From Myxococcales bacterium (GTDB lineage Bacteria > Myxococcota_A > Polyangia > Polyangiales > DASUME01): DNA of 64,000 bases. Position 1 is the first letter of the stretch. Every line of letters starts with the position of its first letter. The position numbers and the translations under genes were made by a program. The notes under the pieces were generated by a model, which was not told the origin of the DNA, did not search any database, and saw nothing but the letters and a program-made list of their open reading frames with translations. Shown in pieces: positions 8,335 to 18,961 of the stretch. The stretch lies in assembly GCA_047601445.1 (NCBI GenBank), contig JASGJH010000001.1, positions 992,001 through 1,056,000 on the forward strand, given 5' to 3'.

Positions 8335-10418
8335 TCCGGGGCTCGAGCGTCGCTGCCTTCGGCCTCCGCACCCGACGGGAGCGCCGCGGGCAGCCGGACG
8401 GTGAACGTGCTGCCGTGGTTCTCGCGCGTGCGCACCAAGATTTCGCCGCCCGCCGCGCGCACGATGCGGCGCGAGATGGCGAGGCCCAGGCCCGTGCCCT
8501 TTTGCCGCGTGGTCACGAAGGGCTGAAACAGGTTGGCCAGCACTTGCTGCGGCACGCCTGGGCCGGTGTCGGTGACCTGCACCTCGACCCACGAGCGCTG
8601 CGTGCCTTCGAAGTCGGGGCCCTCGGAAAGGCTGGTCTCCACGCGCAGGGTGCCGCCGTGTTCGATGGCCTGGAGCGCGTTTTGGATCAGGTTGATGAGC
8701 ACCTGGCGCAGACGTTCGGGGTCGATGTGCACCGCTGGCAGGGAGCGCGCGAGCACCAACGAGCGCATGAGATCGAACTTGCTCACGTCGGCGGCCAGCA
8801 CCTGGGCAGTGCGCTCCACCACGGCGTTCACCTGGCAAAGGGACGAGAGCTCGTCGTGCGTTGGGTTGGCGTAGTCCAGGAAGGAGGTCACCACGCGATT
8901 GAGGCGATCGGCCTCCTCAACGATGATGTCCAGGAACTCGCGGCCGCTCTCTTCGATTTGGGGCGCCTCGTTGAGATACTGGGCGCTCGCCTTGATGGCG
9001 CCGAGCGGATTGCGGATCTCGTGCGCTAGTCCCGCGGCCATCTCGCCCATGGCGGCCAGACGGTCGCGCTCCTTCATGCGCTGGTACAGACGGGAGTTCT
9101 CGATGGCCGTGACCATCTGGTTGGCGAGTCCCGCCAGCAGTTGCACCTCTTCAGGGGCGAAGGCGTCGCGCAAGCGCTCGTCGCGCACGCACAGAAAGCC
9201 ATAGACCTCGCGCTCGCCCACGATGCCCACGCAGACCGAGGCCTGCATGGCGTCCAGGGTCTGGACCACCTCGTGTTGGGTCTCGGCCTCGCGATCCTTG
9301 CCGGAGTCGCGCAGGTCCTTGGCGTCGCGCTCGAGGGCCTCGATGACGAGGGCAGGGTGCTCGCGCAGGGCGTCGAGCAGCGGGCGCGCGGCGGCGAGCT
9401 CGAGACGCAGGAGCGGCGTGGGGCCGAGGTGTCCCGCCAAACGGTAGCCCCGCATGTCCGTGTCCACCAGGTAGAGGGCCGCGTGCGTGACGCGCCGCGA
9501 GCGCTCGAGCTCGTCCATCACGAGCCCAGGCAGGTGCTCGATCTCGAGTACGTGGGCGAGGCGCCGCCGCAACGTGTGAATTTCCTGGTCCAGATCGAAG
9601 CGCTCGCGGAACAAAAACTGGGAGATTTTCTGCTCCACCTTGAGCCGCAGTGGGTCGTAGACCAGGAGCACCACCACCGCGGCCGCCACCGCGTGCATGA
9701 AGAACTCGCCACCCGAGAAGGAGCGCAGGAGCCAGAACGCCGCGGCGAGCGTGAAGGAGAGGGCGGTGAGCACGCCCAAGCGCCCCGCGAGCTCGTACAG
9801 GTCGAGCAGGCGATAGCGCAGGATGGACTGGGAGAGGATGTACAGGAACACCAGCGTGAGAGCCGTGCCCACGGGCGGGATATCGAGGCCCACCAGGGGC
9901 AGGTAGTCCGCCGCCGTGAAGGTCGCCGCGAGCGCCCCCATCAACACCAAGAACCGCAGGCGTGCTCGCTCGAAGCGCGACGGCGCGCGCGTGGCCCGTT
10001 GCCAGAGCATGAGCAAGGTCGCCCCGAGCACGCTGAAGAGGTAGGCGAAGATGGCCGCGGCCAGGATGACGTCGGGTTGTTCGCTGACGAAGACCGCGAT
10101 TACCAGCAAGAGGCCCATCGAGAGCACGCCGCGCCACAGGAACGTATTCGCGCCTTCCCCGCGATCCACGAACAGACGCAAGAAGCCAGCGGCCGTGACC
10201 GGCAGCAGAATCGCGCACGCGAGGTTCACGCGACGCCATGCGAGCTCACTGCCAAAGACGTTGGCCGCAGAGGTGCTCAGGTACCACGCCGCCACCGAGA
10301 AGCAGAAGGCGCCAAAGCCCCACTGCACGCGGCTTGGGCGGGGGCGCAAAAGCACCGTGATGCCGATCGCGATGGCGATCAGTCCGGCCAGCAACGAAGT
10401 CTGGACGCGCAGCTCCAC
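8265..10418 (-). CDS. Multi-TM + GAF sensor histidine kinase
   Basis: About 8 TM segments, GAF domain, H-box LAHEIRNPL, NLIQNA, DTGPG, GTGLGL. Confidence 0.92.
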   Translation of the reverse strand: MELRVQTSLLAGLIAIAIGITVLLRPRPSRVQWGFGAFCFSVAAWYLSTSAANVFGSELAWRRVNLACAILLPVTAAGFLRLFVDRGEGANTFLWRGVLSMGLLLVIAVFVSEQPDVILAAAIFAYLFSVLGATLLMLWQRATRAPSRFERARLRFLVLMGALAATFTAADYLPLVGLDIPPVGTALTLVFLYILSQSILRYRLLDLYELAGRLGVLTALSFTLAAAFWLLRSFSGGEFFMHAVAAAVVVLLVYDPLRLKVEQKISQFLFRERFDLDQEIHTLRRRLAHVLEIEHLPGLVMDELERSRRVTHAALYLVDTDMRGYRLAGHLGPTPLLRLELAAARPLLDALREHPALVIEALERDAKDLRDSGKDREAETQHEVVQTLDAMQASVCVGIVGEREVYGFLCVRDERLRDAFAPEEVQLLAGLANQMVTAIENSRLYQRMKERDRLAAMGEMAAGLAHEIRNPLGAIKASAQYLNEAPQIEESGREFLDIIVEEADRLNRVVTSFLDYANPTHDELSSLCQVNAVVERTAQVLAADVSKFDLMRSLVLARSLPAVHIDPERLRQVLINLIQNALQAIEHGGTLRVETSLSEGPDFEGTQRSWVEVQVTDTGPGVPQQVLANLFQPFVTTRQKGTGLGLAISRRIVRAAGGEILVRTRENHGSTFTVRLPAALPSGAEAEGSDARAPDQSPAVAPPSGAFETPSISGTKR

Positions 10419-10486
10419 GGCGGGATTCTACCAGCGCGGGCCCGCGCATCGCGAAGGGCGCGTGGCCCGCAGCGCGCTCCGAGCCT

Positions 10487-11971
10487 TCAACGCCGGAAGT
10501 CCTCGATATCGAGGTTGTAGCGACGCAGCCAGCGATGGACCTGCATCCGCTCCTTGCCGAGTTCCCGGCCTACCGCAGCGATATTGCCTTGGTGACGCGT
10601 CAAGAGCTCGCGCAGCTCTTCCTCGCTGGGCGTCTCCCCGCGTGGCTTGGGCGGCGCTGCGGGCGCCGGTGCCGGTTTGCTCAGGCTCGGAGCCGACGAG
10701 GGGTCGCGATAGGTCTGGGCGGTGGCGGCCGTGGTGCTCGGGCCGAGGAGTCCCGCGTCCGCGGGCGTGCCGTGTCCGTCGAGCGCGCGGCGCACCGTCT
10801 CGGGCAGGTGCACCAGGTCGAGGGCCTGCCCTGCGCTCAGCGTGATGGCTACGCGAACCGCGCTCTCGAGCTCACGTACGTTGTAGGGCCAGTCGTAGTG
10901 CGCGATGGCCAGCATGAACGGGAAGCTTACCTCCGTGCCGGTCTTACTCAGGCGCGCCAAGAAGTGCAGCACGAGCAAGTAGAGGTCTTCGCGTCGCTCG
11001 CGCAGCGGAGGTAAGGTCACCGAGAGCTCGCGCAGGCGTGCCAGGAGGTCGCCGCGGAATTGTCCCTGGGCCACGCTAGCCTCGAGATCCCGGTGCGTCG
11101 CGCACACGACCCGCACGTCGACGCGCTCGGCCGTGGTCGCACCGAGCGGCAGGACTTCCTTCTCCTGCAGTACACGCAGCAGCTTGGCCTGGGCCTCGAG
11201 GGGCATGTCGCCGACTTCGTCCAGGAACAGCGTCCCGCCATGGGCGGCCCGCACGAGCCCGGGCTTGTCGGTGTTGGCTCCGCTGAAGGCGCCACGCCGG
11301 TAACCGAAGAGCTCACTCTCGATGAGGTTCGCGGGGAGGGCAGCGCAGTTGATGGCCTGAAAGGGACCCTTGCGGCTGCTCAGTCGATGAATCTCTCGTG
11401 CTACCAGCTCCTTGCCCGTGCCGCTCTCGCCGTGCACCACGACAGAGATGTTCGACTGGGCCACCTTGCCGATGCGGTCGATGATGGCGTCGATCTGATA
11501 GCCGCCCACCAACAGGGGACGCTCCACGCCATGGCTGAAGGGGCGTGCCTGCTGCACCACCGTGCCGTCGAGGCGATAGGCGCCATAGCCGTAGATGCCG
11601 TGCTCCACGAAGCGCAGCAGGGTGTCGCCGATACGCACCATGTCGTGCATGACCAGCGGCTGTTCCTTGACCCTGCGGCCGTTCACGAAGGTGCCGTTGG
11701 TCGACTGATTGTCTACTACCCAGACCCGTCGATCCGAACGTCGCTCGAAACGCGCGTGGTAGCGAGACACCGCGGCCTCCGGAATGGAGAGGGTGTTGTC
11801 GGACTCGCGACCCAGGGTCACCGTGGGCACGGCGAAGGGCACCGCCGAGGGCAAGTGCGCGTGAAGACGCGAGTACACCAGGGCCAGACCCGCGGTGGGA
11901 TCGGACACCGCATCGAAGCTCGGAATGCCTTCGACGGAGGTGGTCGTGCGCCCGCGGGTCGTGTTGTTCAT
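10487..11971 (-). CDS. FHA-domain sigma54 enhancer-binding protein
   Basis: FHA (LGRES, VSRYHA, STNGTFVNG); AAA+ GESGTGKE, GAFSGA, FLDEVGD; C-terminal HTH. Confidence 0.93.
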   Translation of the reverse strand: MNNTTRGRTTTSVEGIPSFDAVSDPTAGLALVYSRLHAHLPSAVPFAVPTVTLGRESDNTLSIPEAAVSRYHARFERRSDRRVWVVDNQSTNGTFVNGRRVKEQPLVMHDMVRIGDTLLRFVEHGIYGYGAYRLDGTVVQQARPFSHGVERPLLVGGYQIDAIIDRIGKVAQSNISVVVHGESGTGKELVAREIHRLSSRKGPFQAINCAALPANLIESELFGYRRGAFSGANTDKPGLVRAAHGGTLFLDEVGDMPLEAQAKLLRVLQEKEVLPLGATTAERVDVRVVCATHRDLEASVAQGQFRGDLLARLRELSVTLPPLRERREDLYLLVLHFLARLSKTGTEVSFPFMLAIAHYDWPYNVRELESAVRVAITLSAGQALDLVHLPETVRRALDGHGTPADAGLLGPSTTAATAQTYRDPSSAPSLSKPAPAPAAPPKPRGETPSEEELRELLTRHQGNIAAVGRELGKERMQVHRWLRRYNLDIEDFRR

Positions 11972-12070
11972 CGACGAACTCGGGTTGCCAAGGTGGGCCG
12001 AAGACTACCGCAGAACATCTCTATTGCCACGCTTCGGGGAGAGGGGTGGGGCAGGAGGTGTGGCTCCGGG

Positions 12071-13291
12071 TCAGCGACGTCTGCTCGCCGTGGCCGCCTG
12101 GAGCATCCGATGGCGCTCCAAAGTTCGCTTGAGACGGTCCACCAGGTCGGAGACTTCGAAGGGCTTGCGGACCCAGTCGTCGGGCTCGCCGCCGGGGACC
12201 AAGCGGGGAGCCTGGGCGGTGCCGGTGACCAGCATCGCGGCATGCACACTGCCGCGTCGGCGCAGTTGGGCCAGGAGCTCGTCGCCTCGGATGTCTCCCA
12301 GGGTCATGTCGATGAGAGCGACGTCGAAGGGGCCGGCATGGGTTCGGGCCTCCTCGGCGTTGCGGGCCGTGACGACCTTGGCCCCACGCAGGCTGAGGGC
12401 AGTGGCCATCATCTCGCGCAGCGCGTCGTCGTCGTCCACCACCAGCAGGGTCACGTCGAGGATCTGCGAGCCGCGCGGCGCTGCGTCCGAGCCGGAGGTA
12501 TCCCCTGGCGCGGGGCCTTCGAGCAGCGGGATCGCTCCCACGACCTCGCTGTTGCGCGCCGCGCGCGGCAGACGCACCCGGAAGGTTGCGCCCTGGCCGA
12601 CCCTGGAGCGCAGCAAGAGGTGCCCACCGAGCGCCTCCACCGCCTCGCGCACCAGGTGCAGCCCGATGCCGGTGCCGTTCTCCTTGGTGGTCACGTAAGG
12701 AGTGAAGATGCGGGCCTGGGCTACGTCGTCGAGACCCGGGCCTTGATCCGTAATTTCCAGCTCCATCCCCACGTCGTCGCCGCTCAGGGTGACGCTGACG
12801 GTGGTGTTGGGGGGACTCGCCTCGATGGCGTTCTTGACCAGGTTCCACAGCAAGCTGAACCAGTGTCCGCGCGCGCCCACCAGGTTCAGGCCGGGCTCGA
12901 TGGCCGTCACGAGATCGACGCGGGCTTGTCGGGCGGTGATGGACAGCAGCTGCACGAGCTCGGTGGTCAGCTGACTCACGTCGAGCACGCCGAGATCGTC
13001 GTCGGGGATGTCGCCGCGAGCCAGACGCAGCATGCGACGGGCCGCCTGCTCGGCGGTGCGCGCGCAGCTGGCGATCAAGGACAACGCCTGGAAGGGGTCG
13101 CTGCCCCCCGCGAGACCGAGGTCCGCCCAGCCGGCGATGGCAGCCACGGCGTTGGCAACCTCGTGGGCTACCGCCGCGGCGACATCGACGATGGGCGTGG
13201 TCTCGGAGAGCCGCTCCTGCGACTGCTCCTCCACGCCGCCTGGGGACGCTTCGCGCTCCATGCGGGAATCATGTTCCATGCGACTACACAA
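12071..13291 (-). CDS. Soluble hybrid histidine kinase-receiver
   Basis: AHEVAN H-box, NLVKNA, DQGPG, GTGIGL; receiver VVDDD, ALID, KPF. Start uncertain. Confidence 0.88.
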   Translation of the reverse strand: MCSRMEHDSRMEREASPGGVEEQSQERLSETTPIVDVAAAVAHEVANAVAAIAGWADLGLAGGSDPFQALSLIASCARTAEQAARRMLRLARGDIPDDDLGVLDVSQLTTELVQLLSITARQARVDLVTAIEPGLNLVGARGHWFSLLWNLVKNAIEASPPNTTVSVTLSGDDVGMELEITDQGPGLDDVAQARIFTPYVTTKENGTGIGLHLVREAVEALGGHLLLRSRVGQGATFRVRLPRAARNSEVVGAIPLLEGPAPGDTSGSDAAPRGSQILDVTLLVVDDDDALREMMATALSLRGAKVVTARNAEEARTHAGPFDVALIDMTLGDIRGDELLAQLRRRGSVHAAMLVTGTAQAPRLVPGGEPDDWVRKPFEVSDLVDRLKRTLERHRMLQAATASRRR

Positions 13292-13383
13292 TTACAATGA
13301 CGACGCAGCGGGTTCACGCGTGCTGGAGCCCGGCAAAACCGCGCGTGTGAGCAGTCATATCAGTCTGCTACAAGGACGCCCAC

Positions 13384-13689
13384 ATGTCCGCGCCTAAGAT
13401 CACACTCGACGAGGTTTATCGCGTTGCCCGGCTAGCCCGGCTCTCACCGAGCCCCGAGGAGGCCCAGGCCCTATGTCAGGACCTGAGTGCAATCCTCAAC
13501 TATGTCGCTCTCTTGGACGCCGTGGATACGAGCCAGGTGGAACCCACCGCCAACGCCGTGACGGAGGCCGCGGCGCTGCGCCCTGACCAACTCACGCCAA
13601 GCCTCGATCGCGAGCTCGCCCTCAGCCAGGCCCCGCGGGCCAATCAGGGCGGTTTTTCGGTGCCGAAGGTGCTGGAGGTGGAGTCGTGA
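13384..13689 (+). CDS. gatC: Asp/Glu-tRNA amidotransferase subunit C
   Basis: VARLARL, VEPT, FSVPKV; overlaps gatA start. Confidence 0.95.
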   Translation: MSAPKITLDEVYRVARLARLSPSPEEAQALCQDLSAILNYVALLDAVDTSQVEPTANAVTEAAALRPDQLTPSLDRELALSQAPRANQGGFSVPKVLEVES

Positions 13690-15152
13690 GCGACCCGACC
13701 GTGCTGACGGCCAGCCAAATCGCCGACCAGGTCCGCGGGGGCGCCGCTTCCGCTGTGGAGATCGCAGGCGCCTTCCTCGAGCGAACCGAGCGCTTCAACC
13801 CCGACCTCAACGCGCTGTTGCACGTGGCGCGCGAGTCGGCGTTGGCCGCCGCCGCTCGAGTGGATCAAAAGCGCGCCCGCGGCGAGTCCCTGGGCCGCCT
13901 CGCGGGTGTGCCCGTGATCGTCAAGGACAACATCTGCGTGCGCGGGATGCCCAACACCTGCGCCTCGAAGATCTTGGCCGGCTACGTGCCGCCCTACGAC
14001 GCCCACGTCACCGAGCGCTTGCATGCCGAGGACGCGGTGGTGATCGGCAAGGCCAACATGGACGAGTTCGCGATGGGCTCGTCCAACGAGAACTCCGCCT
14101 TCGGGCCCGTGAAGAACCCCTGGGACGTGCTGCGCGCCCCCGGTGGATCGTCGGGCGGCAGCGCAGCGGCGGCGGCGGCGCGCCTGGCGCCGTTGACCTT
14201 GGGCAGCGACACGGGGGGCTCGGTGCGACAGCCCGCGGCCTTCTGTGGCGTCACGGCCATCAAGCCCACCTACGGGCGCGTGTCCCGCTTTGGCTTGGTG
14301 GCATTCGCCTCGTCGCTCGACCAGGTCGGGCCCATCACGCGCGACGTCCGGGACTGCGCGCGGCTGCTGTCCGTGATCGCGGGTCCCGACGGGCGTGACG
14401 CGACCTGCGTGGCACGGCCTCCCGAGGACTACGAGGTGCACTGCGGCAAGCCCGTGCGCGGCATGCGCATCGGCGTCCTGAAGGGCCTCGCGCAGCAGGG
14501 CAACGACGCATCGGTCAACGCCGCCTTCGAGGCATCCATCGCGCAGTATCAGGCACTCGGGGCCCAGGTGGTGGAAGTCGAACTCCCGCACCTGCAACGC
14601 GCCGTCGCGACTTACTATCTGGTGGCGACCGCGGAGGCATCCTCCAACCTCGCTCGCTTCGATGGCATGCGATACGGCCTGCGCGTCAACGGCAAGGATC
14701 TCACCGCCACCTACGGGGCCACGCGCACGGCAGGCTTCGGTGCCGAGGTGAAGCGCCGCATCATGCTGGGAACCTACGCGCTTTCTGCTGGCTACTACGA
14801 GGCCTTCTATCTCAAGGCACAGAAGCTGCGGACGTTGATCAGCCAGGACTATGCGCGCGCGTTCGAGCTCTGCGACGTGATCGCGACGCCCACCTCCCCG
14901 GTGCCGGCCTTCAAGCTGGGCGAGAAGGTCAACGACCCGCTGGCGATGTATCTGGCCGACATCTACACGTTGCCGCCGAGCCTGGCGGGGATCCCTGCGC
15001 TTGCCACACCTGCGGGGTTCACCAGTGAGGGACTCCCGCTCGGCTTGCAGCTGGCCGCCCCGGTGTTCGAGGAGGGGCGCTTGATCGCGCTCGCGCACGC
15101 GCTCGAAGAGGCCAGCGGATTCGTGAAGAAAAGCCCGCCCGCATTCGCCTGA
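13686..15152 (+). CDS. gatA: Asp/Glu-tRNA amidotransferase subunit A
   Basis: KDN, GGSSGGS, GSDTGGSVRQPA, EVKRRIMLGT. Confidence 0.97.
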   Translation: MSDPTVLTASQIADQVRGGAASAVEIAGAFLERTERFNPDLNALLHVARESALAAAARVDQKRARGESLGRLAGVPVIVKDNICVRGMPNTCASKILAGYVPPYDAHVTERLHAEDAVVIGKANMDEFAMGSSNENSAFGPVKNPWDVLRAPGGSSGGSAAAAAARLAPLTLGSDTGGSVRQPAAFCGVTAIKPTYGRVSRFGLVAFASSLDQVGPITRDVRDCARLLSVIAGPDGRDATCVARPPEDYEVHCGKPVRGMRIGVLKGLAQQGNDASVNAAFEASIAQYQALGAQVVEVELPHLQRAVATYYLVATAEASSNLARFDGMRYGLRVNGKDLTATYGATRTAGFGAEVKRRIMLGTYALSAGYYEAFYLKAQKLRTLISQDYARAFELCDVIATPTSPVPAFKLGEKVNDPLAMYLADIYTLPPSLAGIPALATPAGFTSEGLPLGLQLAAPVFEEGRLIALAHALEEASGFVKKSPPAFA

Positions 15153-15205
15153 GGGGCGGGTTCGAGCGGGCTGCGGAAGCGGACACGGGGCGCTATAAAG
15201 GCCGC

Positions 15206-16669
15206 ATGCCCAGCGCATATGAAGCGGTGATCGGACTCGAGGTCCACGCCCAGCTGCTCACCAAGTCCAAGCTGTTCTGTGGTTGCGACACGTCCTTCGG
15301 CGCGGAGCCCAACACGCAGGTCTGTCCGGTGTGTCTCGGGTTGCCCGGAGCTCTCCCTGTGCCCAACGCGCAGGCCATCCACCTGGCCATGCGGGCGGGG
15401 CTGTCGCTCGGCTGCGAGATCGAGCGCAAGAGCCGCTTCGCGCGCAAAAATTACTTCTATCCGGATCTGGCCAAGGGCTATCAAATCTCGCAGTTCGAGC
15501 TCCCGCTCAACGGTCACGGCAAGCTCGTCATCGAGAGCGACGGCGTGGAGCGCGAGGTGAGCATCACGCGCATCCACGTCGAGGAAGACGCTGCCAAGAA
15601 CATCCACGGTGCGGGCGGCTCCAACGAGACGCTGGTGGATTTCAACCGTGCGGGCGTGGCGCTGATCGAGATCGTGGGCGGTCCGGATCTGCGTAGTTCG
15701 GCGGAAGCGGAGTCGTACCTGCGGCGCCTGCGCGAGGTGCTGCTGTTCGCGGGTGTGAACGACGGCAACCTCGAGGAAGGATCGTTCCGCTGCGACGCCA
15801 ACGTCTCCATCCGTCCGCGCGGCTCGGACAAGTTGGGCACGCGTACGGAGATCAAGAACATCAACTCGTTCCGCTTCGTGCGTAAGGCCATCGACTACGA
15901 GATCGAGCGCCAAGAGATCGTGATCTCGGGCGGCGGCAGCATCGTGCAGGAGACGCGCACCTGGAACGATAACCAGGGCAAGACCCTGAGCATGCGCAGC
16001 AAAGAGGACGCGCACGACTACCGCTACTTCCCGGACCCCGACTTGCCCCCGCTGGTGATCAGCGACGCGATGTTCGCGGCCGCCAAGGACAGCGTGCCCG
16101 AGCTGCCGAGGCAGGTGCGCGATCGCTGGCAGGCCGAGCTCGCGCTCACCGCCTACGATGCCACGGTGCTCAGCGCGCACCCCGAGCTCGCGCGTTTCTT
16201 CGAGCAGGCCGCCGAGGTGTGCCGGGAGAGGAGCGGCGACACCAAGCAGGGGGCCGCCAAGCGCGTGGCCAACTTCATTCAGGCCGAGGCGCTGCGCTAC
16301 ACGAACACCGAGGGCTTGCACGCCACCTTCCCGGCCACGGCCTCGCAGATCGGCTCACTCTGCGCGCTCGTCCACAAGGGCAGCATCAGCGGCAAGATGG
16401 CCAAGGACGTGTTCGAGACGATGCGCGAGAGCGGCAAGGATCCCGAGCTCATCGTGTCGGAGCAGGGCTTGGCTCAGGTCTCGGATACGGGTGCCATCGA
16501 GGGCGCGGTGCGCGAGGTGCTCGCCAAGAACGAGAAGCAGGTGGCGCAGTTCAAGGGCGGCAACGAGAAGCTCTTCGGGTTCTTCGTAGGGCAGGTGATG
16601 AAAGCCACCAAGGGCTCCGCCAACCCCACCTTGGTCAACGACGTGCTCAAGCGGTTGTTGTCCGAATGA
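15206..16669 (+). CDS. gatB: Asp/Glu-tRNA amidotransferase subunit B
   Basis: [38 protein letters not shown]. Confidence 0.97.
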   Translation: MPSAYEAVIGLEVHAQLLTKSKLFCGCDTSFGAEPNTQVCPVCLGLPGALPVPNAQAIHLAMRAGLSLGCEIERKSRFARKNYFYPDLAKGYQISQFELPLNGHGKLVIESDGVEREVSITRIHVEEDAAKNIHGAGGSNETLVDFNRAGVALIEIVGGPDLRSSAEAESYLRRLREVLLFAGVNDGNLEEGSFRCDANVSIRPRGSDKLGTRTEIKNINSFRFVRKAIDYEIERQEIVISGGGSIVQETRTWNDNQGKTLSMRSKEDAHDYRYFPDPDLPPLVISDAMFAAAKDSVPELPRQVRDRWQAELALTAYDATVLSAHPELARFFEQAAEVCRERSGDTKQGAAKRVANFIQAEALRYTNTEGLHATFPATASQIGSLCALVHKGSISGKMAKDVFETMRESGKDPELIVSEQGLAQVSDTGAIEGAVREVLAKNEKQVAQFKGGNEKLFGFFVGQVMKATKGSANPTLVNDVLKRLLSE

Positions 16670-17748
16670 GCATCCTCTCGCGCGAGCCCCTGTCGGGCGC
16701 GGACTACTTTGCTGTCGAGTACGACCCGCGGAGTCACGAGGTCGTGATGCTTGACCAGCGTCGCTTGCCGACCGAGGTGGTGTACCACCGCTATCGCAAG
16801 CCCGATGAGGTCGCCGTCGCCATCCGGGACATGGTGGTGCGGGGGGCGCCTGCCATCGGAATCGCCGCGGCCTACGCCCTGGCGCTTCAAGCGCACCTCG
16901 AGCGCGGGGCGCCTCAAGTGTTCTTGATGGCGAACGGCGTGGCGGGCCGAGTGCTCGGGCAGACGCGCCCGACCGCGGTGAACTTGGCCTGGGCCATCGG
17001 ACGCATGGCGCGCGCAGCGGGCGAGGCGGCGCAGCTGGACCCCGAAGCGCGCGCCCAGCGCATGCTGGCGGAGGCCGAGGCGATCCACCGGGAAGACGTC
17101 CTGGCCTGTCGCGAGATGGGGCGACTCGGCGCGAGCGAGGTGCCCGACGGGGCCACTATCCTCACGCATTGCAATGCGGGGGCGCTTGCCACCGGCGGCT
17201 ATGGCACGGCGCTCGGCGTGATCCGGGCGGCGCGCGAGGCGGGCAAGCGCGTGCGCGTGCTGGCGGACGAGACGCGGCCCTATTTGCAGGGCGCACGGCT
17301 CACGGCCTGGGAACTGCACCGCGATGGCATCGAGGTCGAGGTCATCACCGACAGCATGGCCGGGCACTTCTTCCAGCGGGGCGAGATTCAGTTCGTGGTG
17401 GTGGGTAGCGACCGCATCGCGAAGAACGGGGACGTCGCCAACAAGATCGGCACCTACGGGGTCGCGGTGTTGGCGCGCGCCCACGGTGTGCCCTTCACGG
17501 TGGCGGCACCCTGGAGCACGGTCGACCTGCGCACGCCCGATGGCGCGGCGATTCCCATTGAGGAGCGCTCGCGCGAGGAGGTCGTGCGTGTCGGAGGGGC
17601 ATTGTTGGTAAGCGAAGGCATCGGCGTGCGCCATCCCGCCTTCGACGTGACCCCTGCCGGACTGGTGGATGCGGTGTTCACGGAGCGCGGCGTGTTCCGG
17701 CCGAAAGCCGGGGAGACGCCGGAGCGCCTCCTTCCGCGATCGCCCTGA
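16666..17748 (+). CDS. mtnA: Methylthioribose-1-phosphate isomerase
   Basis: [61 protein letters not shown] overlap with gatB stop. Confidence 0.95.
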   Translation: MSILSREPLSGADYFAVEYDPRSHEVVMLDQRRLPTEVVYHRYRKPDEVAVAIRDMVVRGAPAIGIAAAYALALQAHLERGAPQVFLMANGVAGRVLGQTRPTAVNLAWAIGRMARAAGEAAQLDPEARAQRMLAEAEAIHREDVLACREMGRLGASEVPDGATILTHCNAGALATGGYGTALGVIRAAREAGKRVRVLADETRPYLQGARLTAWELHRDGIEVEVITDSMAGHFFQRGEIQFVVVGSDRIAKNGDVANKIGTYGVAVLARAHGVPFTVAAPWSTVDLRTPDGAAIPIEERSREEVVRVGGALLVSEGIGVRHPAFDVTPAGLVDAVFTERGVFRPKAGETPERLLPRSP

Positions 17749-17762
17749 GCGGTGAAGAAAGC

Positions 17763-18821
17763 CTAGAGCCGCATCAGGGCCGCGCCCCAGTTCAAGCCGG
17801 CGCCGAGGGCCAGGAAACACAGCAGCTGACCCTGCTTGAGCTGACCGGAGCGGGAGAGCTCGTCGAACAGGATGGGGATGGTGGCACCCGAGGTGTTGCC
17901 ATAGCGGGCGATGTTCGAGGGAACGCGTGAGGGCTCGACCTTCAGCGCATCGACCACGGCCTGATTGATGCGGTCGTTGGCTTGGTGCGCCAGGAACCAG
18001 TCGACGGATCCGAGCGGGACCTCGTGGCGAGCGCAGAGCGCCCGCACCACTTGGGGGAGCTTTTGCACGGCGCCCTTGAAGAGGTCCTTGCCGCTCATGC
18101 GTGGAATGTAGTCCTCGTTCTTCACCATCTCGACCGTGAGGGCAGGGCGACGCCGAAAGCCACCCGCCTCGACACGCAGCGCACCATGGGCGCGGCCGTC
18201 CGAGTGCACCATGCAGCCGAGCAAGCCACCGCCAGGGACCTCGGACTTGCGCATGACGAGGGCGCCTGCACCGTCACCGAACAACACCGAGAGCCCGCGA
18301 TGACGGGTGGCCATCTCGTAGTCGGCCTCTTCCGCGCGGCCTTCCACGTCGCCCTCCAGCAGCTCCCAATCGCGCCAGGGCATGAAGCCCGCATGGGCTT
18401 CGGCACCGATCACCAGGACGTTGTGCGCAGCACCCGTGTTCACCAGCCCGTCCGCCACCTGGAAGCTGAAGGGCATGGCGGCGCACTGCTGACGCACGTC
18501 CAGTGCGGGCACCCCCGGGATGCCGAGCTTGGCACCCAGCAACGCCCCCGAGCCTGGAAAGACGTAGTCGGGGGTCATGGTGTTGAAGACGATGTAGTCG
18601 ATGTCTTCGGGCGCGATGCCGGCGGACTCGATGGCGCGCTGCGCTGCCGGGACCGCGAGATCGCTGGCACCTACGCCCTCGGGGGCGTAGTGGCGTTGCT
18701 CGATGCCGGAGCGTTGCTTGATCCAGTCGTGGTTGGTGTCCATCACGCGCGCGAGCGCTGCGTTGGTCACAGCTTTTTCGGGCGTATGGCGCCCCGAGCC
18801 GATGATCGTGATGCCGGGCAT
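17763..18821 (-). CDS. fabH: 3-oxoacyl-ACP synthase III family protein
   Basis: Cys-His-Asn triad: QQCA, AHQAN, YGNTSGA; FGDGAGA. Confidence 0.88.
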   Translation of the reverse strand: MPGITIIGSGRHTPEKAVTNAALARVMDTNHDWIKQRSGIEQRHYAPEGVGASDLAVPAAQRAIESAGIAPEDIDYIVFNTMTPDYVFPGSGALLGAKLGIPGVPALDVRQQCAAMPFSFQVADGLVNTGAAHNVLVIGAEAHAGFMPWRDWELLEGDVEGRAEEADYEMATRHRGLSVLFGDGAGALVMRKSEVPGGGLLGCMVHSDGRAHGALRVEAGGFRRRPALTVEMVKNEDYIPRMSGKDLFKGAVQKLPQVVRALCARHEVPLGSVDWFLAHQANDRINQAVVDALKVEPSRVPSNIARYGNTSGATIPILFDELSRSGQLKQGQLLCFLALGAGLNWGAALMRL

Positions 18822-18961
18822 GCAGGAACCCCGTTTCGTTCGCCGATCTGAGCGAAGAAACTAGCAGTGGGTTCGGCGGAAGTCGAAGTTGACGAGCGTA
18901 CGCGCAAGTTGCCAATGACTACATGGCGCGTGCACGTGTCGCGCTCGTCACACCCCCGACG

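Noticed and set aside
11060..13300. 746-aa plus-strand ORF, and other long antisense ORFs (28073-29923, 13644-15218, 9141-10520, 49314-50696, 54910-56364)
   Set aside because: Shadow frames of well-supported opposite-strand genes, expected from strong GC3 bias; no family motifs.
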